Assembly (NCBI GenBank): GCA_016618085.1
Contig: JABLTG010000169.1
Coordinates: forward strand, 1-41,347
Direction of reading: 5' to 3'
Source: Neovahlkampfia damariscottae
Taxonomy: Eukaryota
DNA length: 41,347 bases
Position numbers and translations under genes: made by a program. Below, one piece after another: positions 36,076 to 41,347 of the stretch. The notes beneath the pieces were generated by a model that saw nothing but the letters and a program-made list of their open reading frames with translations, was not told the origin of the DNA and did no database searches. The stretch's first letter is position 1. The number at the start of each line of letters is the position of its first letter.

Positions 36076-36954
36076 TTACTCTAATTTCTGCTTTTTTGTC
36101 TTTAATTTTTGAACCAAATCATCAATTTCATCAAATTGACCTGTTCCTAACATTAATTCTTTTGTTCTTTTTTGAAATTTCTTTTTCTTTTCCATTGCTT
36201 TTCTAAAATTAACTTCAAATTCTTCATCATCTTCCTTTTCAGGTAAAACTGTTTTAAATGCAACATTATTGTAAGTTTCATTTTTTTCAACACAACCACC
36301 TTCAAATTCAAGATTCTCTTCCACTTTTTTAACTTTCTTTTTGTCAAGTTTTTTGAACCAACTCTTTAAATTTTCTTCGTGAGGAGAAATAACTTGGAAT
36401 GCTTTTGATAAAAACTGTTCACCTGAAACCGTTTGAACATGATCAAAAAAATGATCTGAAATCAACATCACTTGACCTGATTTTTGATTTTTTTCAATAT
36501 GTTCATACAAGTTATTGATGTTAGAAAATTGAACTGGGTTATATTTTCTACTTTTTTGTTTTAAATTCTTTCCAAAAATAAACATCTTTTTGAATTTATA
36601 TTTTTCATTCAAGAGAAGAACTATTTTTGAAATTACATTTTGAGATTTGTCTCTTTGCCGATTATGTTTTTTTTGATGTTCGTTATATGTAAGATTAAAA
36701 TTATTTTCGCAACAGTGAAGTAAATTGACGAATAAAATTTTGTTGGTGAAATCTATGTTTTCATTTTGTTCAGAAGTATCTGCTTCTTTTGATATTTCTG
36801 AGAGTTGTTCTGTTTCGTTTTTTTTGAATTCAATTTCAGTTGGTTTTTCGTTTTCTTTTAATTTTTCAGTTTTGTGTTTTTTTGTGATATGTATAGAAAG
36901 ACCACGTTTACTTTTTGCTGAAAATTCACAATATGAACAATTTAATTCACTCAT
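36076..36954 (-). CDS. Protein with single N-terminal C2H2 zinc finger
   Basis: CSYCEFSAKSKRGLSIHITKKH; ATG at 36954 with a CCAATCA box about 30 nt upstream. Confidence 0.7.
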   Translation of the reverse strand: MSELNCSYCEFSAKSKRGLSIHITKKHKTEKLKENEKPTEIEFKKNETEQLSEISKEADTSEQNENIDFTNKILFVNLLHCCENNFNLTYNEHQKKHNRQRDKSQNVISKIVLLLNEKYKFKKMFIFGKNLKQKSRKYNPVQFSNINNLYEHIEKNQKSGQVMLISDHFFDHVQTVSGEQFLSKAFQVISPHEENLKSWFKKLDKKKVKKVEENLEFEGGCVEKNETYNNVAFKTVLPEKEDDEEFEVNFRKAMEKKKKFQKRTKELMLGTGQFDEIDDLVQKLKTKKQKLE

Positions 36955-37100
36955 CTTTTGTTTTTTTTTTGGATTTAAAAGAAATTGATTGGTGGATAAA
37001 AACACCAACAGAAAAAATAATAAAATACCATCTGGGCTTGAAGTGAAATAATTATCAAAATTATCATTATTTTAGTAAGTAAGGTTTTCATTGGACAAAA

Positions 37101-37403
37101 ATGAATCAATTCAATTCAACTCCACAAACAACTTCATTCCGATCACTCTCTCACTCTGTAAAAGTATTTTTTAGCAATGGAGAAGTTCGAAGATTTACAC
37201 TTCAATCACCTATATATTTAAAACAACTCCTCAAAGAGAGTTTTGCGAATTTTAGAGACCCTCAATTAAAAAAACAAGATTTTAATGTAGAATATCAAGA
37301 TTCAGATGGAGACTGGATAGTATGTGAAAATAATGAAGATTTTGAACAATGTCTAAATTACTCATCAAAAAATGGTTTGAAAATTAAAATCATTTTTCAA
37401 TAA
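37101..37403 (+). CDS. Stand-alone PB1 domain protein
   Basis: VKVFF..GEVRRF basic cluster and YQDSDGDWI...EDF OPCA motif. Confidence 0.8.
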   Translation: MNQFNSTPQTTSFRSLSHSVKVFFSNGEVRRFTLQSPIYLKQLLKESFANFRDPQLKKQDFNVEYQDSDGDWIVCENNEDFEQCLNYSSKNGLKIKIIFQ

Positions 37404-37541
37404 ACAAACTTTTTGCATATCGCTCCTAATTTTATTCTTCCTTTTGAAACACTCACTCTTTAAGTTCAGATCATCTAATGAGTTTTTTATATTAAAACAA
37501 TGAGAGTAAATAGAAAATAATCAATTTATTTTAAAAATGCT

Positions 37542-39059
37542 TTAAAATAAAATGCAAAGAAAACAAAATATCATAGTTAAAATCACAAATGAATGTTTTG
37601 CTCCACTATTTGCAGTTAATTCAAGTGAAATTTTGGTTGATGTTTTAGTTTCTTGAAATCCATCTTCTCCAGTTGCAAACAACATTTCAACAGTTTCCAT
37701 TGATTTCATGACATCTCCATTTGGAGTAGCTTTATAAGCAATCAAAACATTTGCACTAAGTACGATTTGTGAACCATGAGCAACATTATTCAAATGTGAA
37801 TGAATTAATCGAAACTGAATTTTTGTTGCATTCCCTTGAAAATTTTCAACAATTCCATCACTTGTTGTATTTCCATTGTCAAATAATACTCTTGTTGTAT
37901 TAGAGGTCCATTGAAAACGTTGAAGAGTTTTGGATACAATTTGAACATTTGCGAAAGTTTGAAGTTTCAAAAAAACGACAGTGTCCGTAGAGAAAGTGGT
38001 TGATGGAAAAATGTGATCAGAATCTTTATAAGAGTTCATAAATGCACTAAGACCAACATTGACATTTGTAGTTGAACAAAAATCTTCTGAATTGATATCC
38101 AACTCTAAACTTGAAGAAGCAGATTCAAAGCAACTTGCTGAAACATGGCATCCAAATTGAAAGTAGACTTTATGAGTACCTGTAAATGAACAAGTAGTAT
38201 CATTCTTGATATTCATAACAACTCTGAATTTTTGATTACAAAAACCATTAATTGGACAATTTTGGGGGTTTGTTAGTTCAAGAATAGTGAAATTTAAACC
38301 AGTATTCGTTGAAGTGATGTTCATAGGTATAGTTGAATTGATTAAATGAGGATAATCTGTTGAAGTGATGAATTCAATAATTCCTGATGTTGGAGGACCT
38401 TTAATATACTCTAATTTTGTAATAGCAGCGTCTACAATCGCGTTTGTTTGATAATTGATATTACCAGAAATTGTAATTTGATTCACAAATTTAATTTGGA
38501 CAGGAATAGCAGTTTTGACGGTTCTTTCAATAGGTACTCCACCTACAGTTCCAGCTGTTTCTCTTTGATTGACATAAACTATCCCTTTGTGGAATTCTTC
38601 TGTATCTGTCTTTGTTACGTCCCATGAACAGTTATAAGCATAAGCATCCCAACCCATGTAAAATCGAACCACGTTATAGCAAGGAGATGTTGATATATGT
38701 TCTTGACTTGATGTTGAACCAGGAAAATTACAGTATTTGTTTGGACTGTTTTGAATTGACACTTGAGATTCGTATCTGTTGTTTACGATAGGCATTTGTA
38801 TTTTAATTGTCAAGTGAGAAGATATACCAAGACCAGTAACAGGTACCAATGTTGGGTAATAGTCAACTTTGAGTTTTGAAGGTGTGTGTATTGTGCAGTT
38901 CTGAGGAGATGTAACGTTGAAACAATTACTTCCGAAGTATCTGGAATAGCAAGAACAACCATAGCCAGGAATATTTACTCCATGGTAGTTGCAAATAGCG
39001 TCTTGAGTTTGAATGGTTGAAAGAAAAACAAAGAGTGTGGTGAGCAACAACAACTTCAT
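37542..39059 (-). CDS. Secreted/cell-surface protein with N-terminal EGF-like domain and hydrophobic (GPI/TM) tail
   Basis: Signal peptide, CNYHG...CSCYSRYFGSNC, C-terminal NSG followed by a hydrophobic stretch. Confidence 0.8.
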   Translation of the reverse strand: MKLLLLTTLFVFLSTIQTQDAICNYHGVNIPGYGCSCYSRYFGSNCFNVTSPQNCTIHTPSKLKVDYYPTLVPVTGLGISSHLTIKIQMPIVNNRYESQVSIQNSPNKYCNFPGSTSSQEHISTSPCYNVVRFYMGWDAYAYNCSWDVTKTDTEEFHKGIVYVNQRETAGTVGGVPIERTVKTAIPVQIKFVNQITISGNINYQTNAIVDAAITKLEYIKGPPTSGIIEFITSTDYPHLINSTIPMNITSTNTGLNFTILELTNPQNCPINGFCNQKFRVVMNIKNDTTCSFTGTHKVYFQFGCHVSASCFESASSSLELDINSEDFCSTTNVNVGLSAFMNSYKDSDHIFPSTTFSTDTVVFLKLQTFANVQIVSKTLQRFQWTSNTTRVLFDNGNTTSDGIVENFQGNATKIQFRLIHSHLNNVAHGSQIVLSANVLIAYKATPNGDVMKSMETVEMLFATGEDGFQETKTSTKISLELTANSGAKHSFVILTMIFCFLCILF

Positions 39060-39195
39060 TGTTTGGATTCAAGCGAAAAGATGATTGGTTAAAGATGAAA
39101 ATGACATGTTTTGAAATTCTTGGCAAATTTTTATCCGAAATTACTTCCTCCGAAGGTTCTAGTAAAATCATTTTTCTGTGAACAAAAAAAAAGTT

Positions 39196-40019
39196 TCAGA
39201 ATTTATTTTTCATTTCTCTTAACACATGCATAGTACTAACAGCATCTTTTTGGTTTAAATTTTCCATTAATTGTTGAACATTCGTTCTGAGAAAAGGGTT
39301 GAAAGTTTTTTCATCTCCTACAGTTGATGGTGTGGTGAATTTTCCTTCTTCTCTTAATTTCAAAACATTTTCCATTTTTTTTTTTAATTCTTCATTATTT
39401 GGTTCAACTGAAAGAGCAAATTTTAAATTTGAAGCAGTATACTCATGTCCAAAATATAATTCTGTTTCATTGTCCAATTTTGAAATTTTGTCCATTGCTG
39501 ATTGCATTTGTTTTGCATCACCTTCAAAAAATCTGCCACATCCACCTGAAAAAAGAGTATCTCCTGTAAACAATGCCTTTTGACCGTTACAAGAAGCCAA
39601 GTATAAAACATGTCCTTTTGTATGGCATGGTGTGAATAAAATTTCAACTTTGATTTCACCAATATAAAACACATCACCTTCATCAACAGGGTTTGTTAAC
39701 TCAGGAATTTCATCAACTTTTGAACCATAAACTTCAAGTTGTGGAAATTCTTTTTTCATTTCAACATTTCCACCTGCATGATCCTAACAAAAGTTTAATT
39801 TTTAATCAAACAAACCCAATGTTTATGTGTTGTTAAAATTTTTGAAAGTTTAAAATTTGTTGTACTTTTTAACTTTTTTAAAACAGGAATTATGTTGGAT
39901 GGTTCTGCTGGATCAACAATTGCAGCTTCTTCTGTTTTTTTGTCGATAATAAGATACGCGTAATTATCCTTAAAGAACGGTATTGTGTGTATTTGCATTT
40001 TTCGGAGTAGTTTGTTCAT
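39196..40019 (-). CDS. GLO2: Hydroxyacylglutathione hydrolase (glyoxalase II)
   Basis: DNYAYL, THKHW|DHAGG across intron 39784-39815, TPCHTKGH, FTGDTLF.GGCGRFFEG, GHEYT, NPFLR. Confidence 0.95.
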
Positions 40020-40053
40020 TTGATTGGTCAACAGATTAAACAAAAGAACCTTG
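40020..40053. promoter_or_regulatory. 34-nt bidirectional promoter with a CCAAT box
   Basis: TGATTGG at 40021-40027 between divergent ATGs at 40019 and 40054. Confidence 0.55.
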
Positions 40054-40900
40054 ATGATCGTTGGTGGATCCAAATATATTTTTTTTTGTGTTTTATTAAT
40101 ATCAACATGTTTATCACAAGAAGCAGTTAATATTGGTGATAGTTGGGGTGGTGCTGTTAGCTTTAATATTTATGAACAAAAAGTAACCACAAAAAAAGTT
40201 AATTTTTTTTTTGCAGTTCAAACAAATTAATTCCTCAGTGAAAGTAACAAGATATGCTGTTGGTGGAACGACTTCATTAGATTGGGTTTCACCGAGAGGT
40301 CTTGGAATTCTCACAAAAATGTTCAACCAAAATCCAAAATTATCTCATATGTGGGTCACTCTTGGAGGAAATGGTAACAAAGTTATTTTTAATTTTTTGT
40401 TTTTTTTAGATGCTCAAGGATTATGTGCTATGGGTAGATGTGATGAATATGAAGCATTTGTTTTAAAAAATTTGAGAACTCTTTTCACTGGGTTGGTCAA
40501 AATCAAACCAGATTTAAAAATTGCTTCTTTGGGTTATGATTTATTAAATTGGGATAGAAATGATCAGTGTATGGCAAATTTTCGTCGTAGATTTGCTGGA
40601 CAAACTTTACCTGGATTTAGAAGAGAATTTATTGATAGATTTACCAGAATTTATTCAACTTTACAAAAAGAATTTCCAAAAAATGTTTATTACGTACCAG
40701 TTTGGGGTTTGTTTATTTCAAATTTTAATTTTTTCAAAGGTGAATTACAAAAAGCAGGAGGTATTCCAAACACTCCAAATGTAAACTATGGAAGTCCATC
40801 AAAATATTATGCTGATTGCATTCATCCAAATCATGATGGATATACGGTTTTATTTACCAAATTCTTCAGAGATTTAAAAGAAAGAGGGTTTTTTCAATAA
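40054..40900 (+). CDS. Secreted SGNH/GDSL hydrolase
   Basis: Signal peptide, IGDSW (block I), AVGG (II), LGGN|D (III, across an intron), DCIHPN (V). Confidence 0.85.
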
Positions 40901-41245
40901 AAACTTTGATTTGGTTGAAAATTGAAGTTCTTTTTGGAATGCTGAAAGGATATTCATTTTTGGAAAAAACCAAGTTCTCCATGTGCTCAAGGCACAGGCA
41001 TCCTTGAAATAGAATCCAATGTTTCAGTAGAAGGATGAAGTGCCCTTTGATAAGATGATTTTAAATTCTGAAAGTAAGACCAAATTTGCTCACAAAGTTG
41101 ATACTGAAACGGAATATTTGATTTTTCTGTTGAAAAGTGACCATTCGGAATCATTTGTGAACTATATAGTTTTTTAAAATTCCGAAACTTTATAAATTGA
41201 ACTGAAAAAACAAAATAAATACTGAAAAAAAACATCAACAGGTGC

Positions 41246-41347
41246 ATGAGCAATAATGATCAATCTAACGAAAAGTATATCACCAGTAAAAAAGTCAGAG
41301 AACAGTACGGAGTTTCTAATTCAACACTCAAACGATGGTCAAATGAA
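41246..41347 (+). mobile_element. 5' end of IS607-like serine transposase TnpA (MerR-type HTH), truncated by the window
   Basis: MSNNDQSNEKYITSKKVREQYGVSNSTLKRWSNE matches the Y.T.K.....YGVS..TL.RW pattern. Direct repeat ACTGAAAAAA at 41201 and 41221 just upstream. Confidence 0.6.

Noticed and set aside
154..40784. Many short antisense or alternate-frame ORFs (e.g. 154..495, 3148..3351, 24795..25142, 27369..27875, 39299..39583)
   Set aside because: They are shadows of real genes on the opposite strand or frame.
40901..41253. Minus ORF 40987..41253 as a gene or TnpB fragment
   Set aside because: Low-complexity N-terminus across the putative transposon end and no RuvC motifs; at most a degenerate fragment.
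1..41347. CRISPR array, rRNA or prokaryotic operon
   Set aside because: No repeat-spacer array or rRNA-like block; the genes are spliced eukaryotic genes.

Overview
AT-rich, extremely gene-dense nuclear DNA of a unicellular eukaryote (standard code). A heterolobosean-like protist is plausible but cannot be proven from this window. About 30 protein genes are packed with very short intergenic spacers, CCAAT boxes near most start codons and tiny (about 28-43 nt) GT-AG introns that explain most ORF fragmentation. Recognisable genes include class I PI3K, casein kinase 1, MAD2, ARFRP1, a GT10 fucosyltransferase, PDI, TPX2-like, YIPF5, glyoxalase II and an SGNH hydrolase. The left edge carries decayed foreign DNA (a family-B DNA polymerase remnant of Polinton-like type and a P-loop NTPase pseudogene) next to an orphan thiolase C-terminus. 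The right edge carries the start of an IS607-like TnpA. The most striking items are: (1) a single spliced gene fusing an ATE1 arginyltransferase to a charge-altered ZZ finger, an SHP box and a p47-type UBX domain; (2) a 66-nt MAD2 intron made of two 33-nt mini-introns joined AG|GT; (3) a Pol III tRNA-like RNA with a 63-nt D-loop insert; (4) an LBP/BPI-saposin fusion. All domain calls are by-eye motif recognition, not database results.
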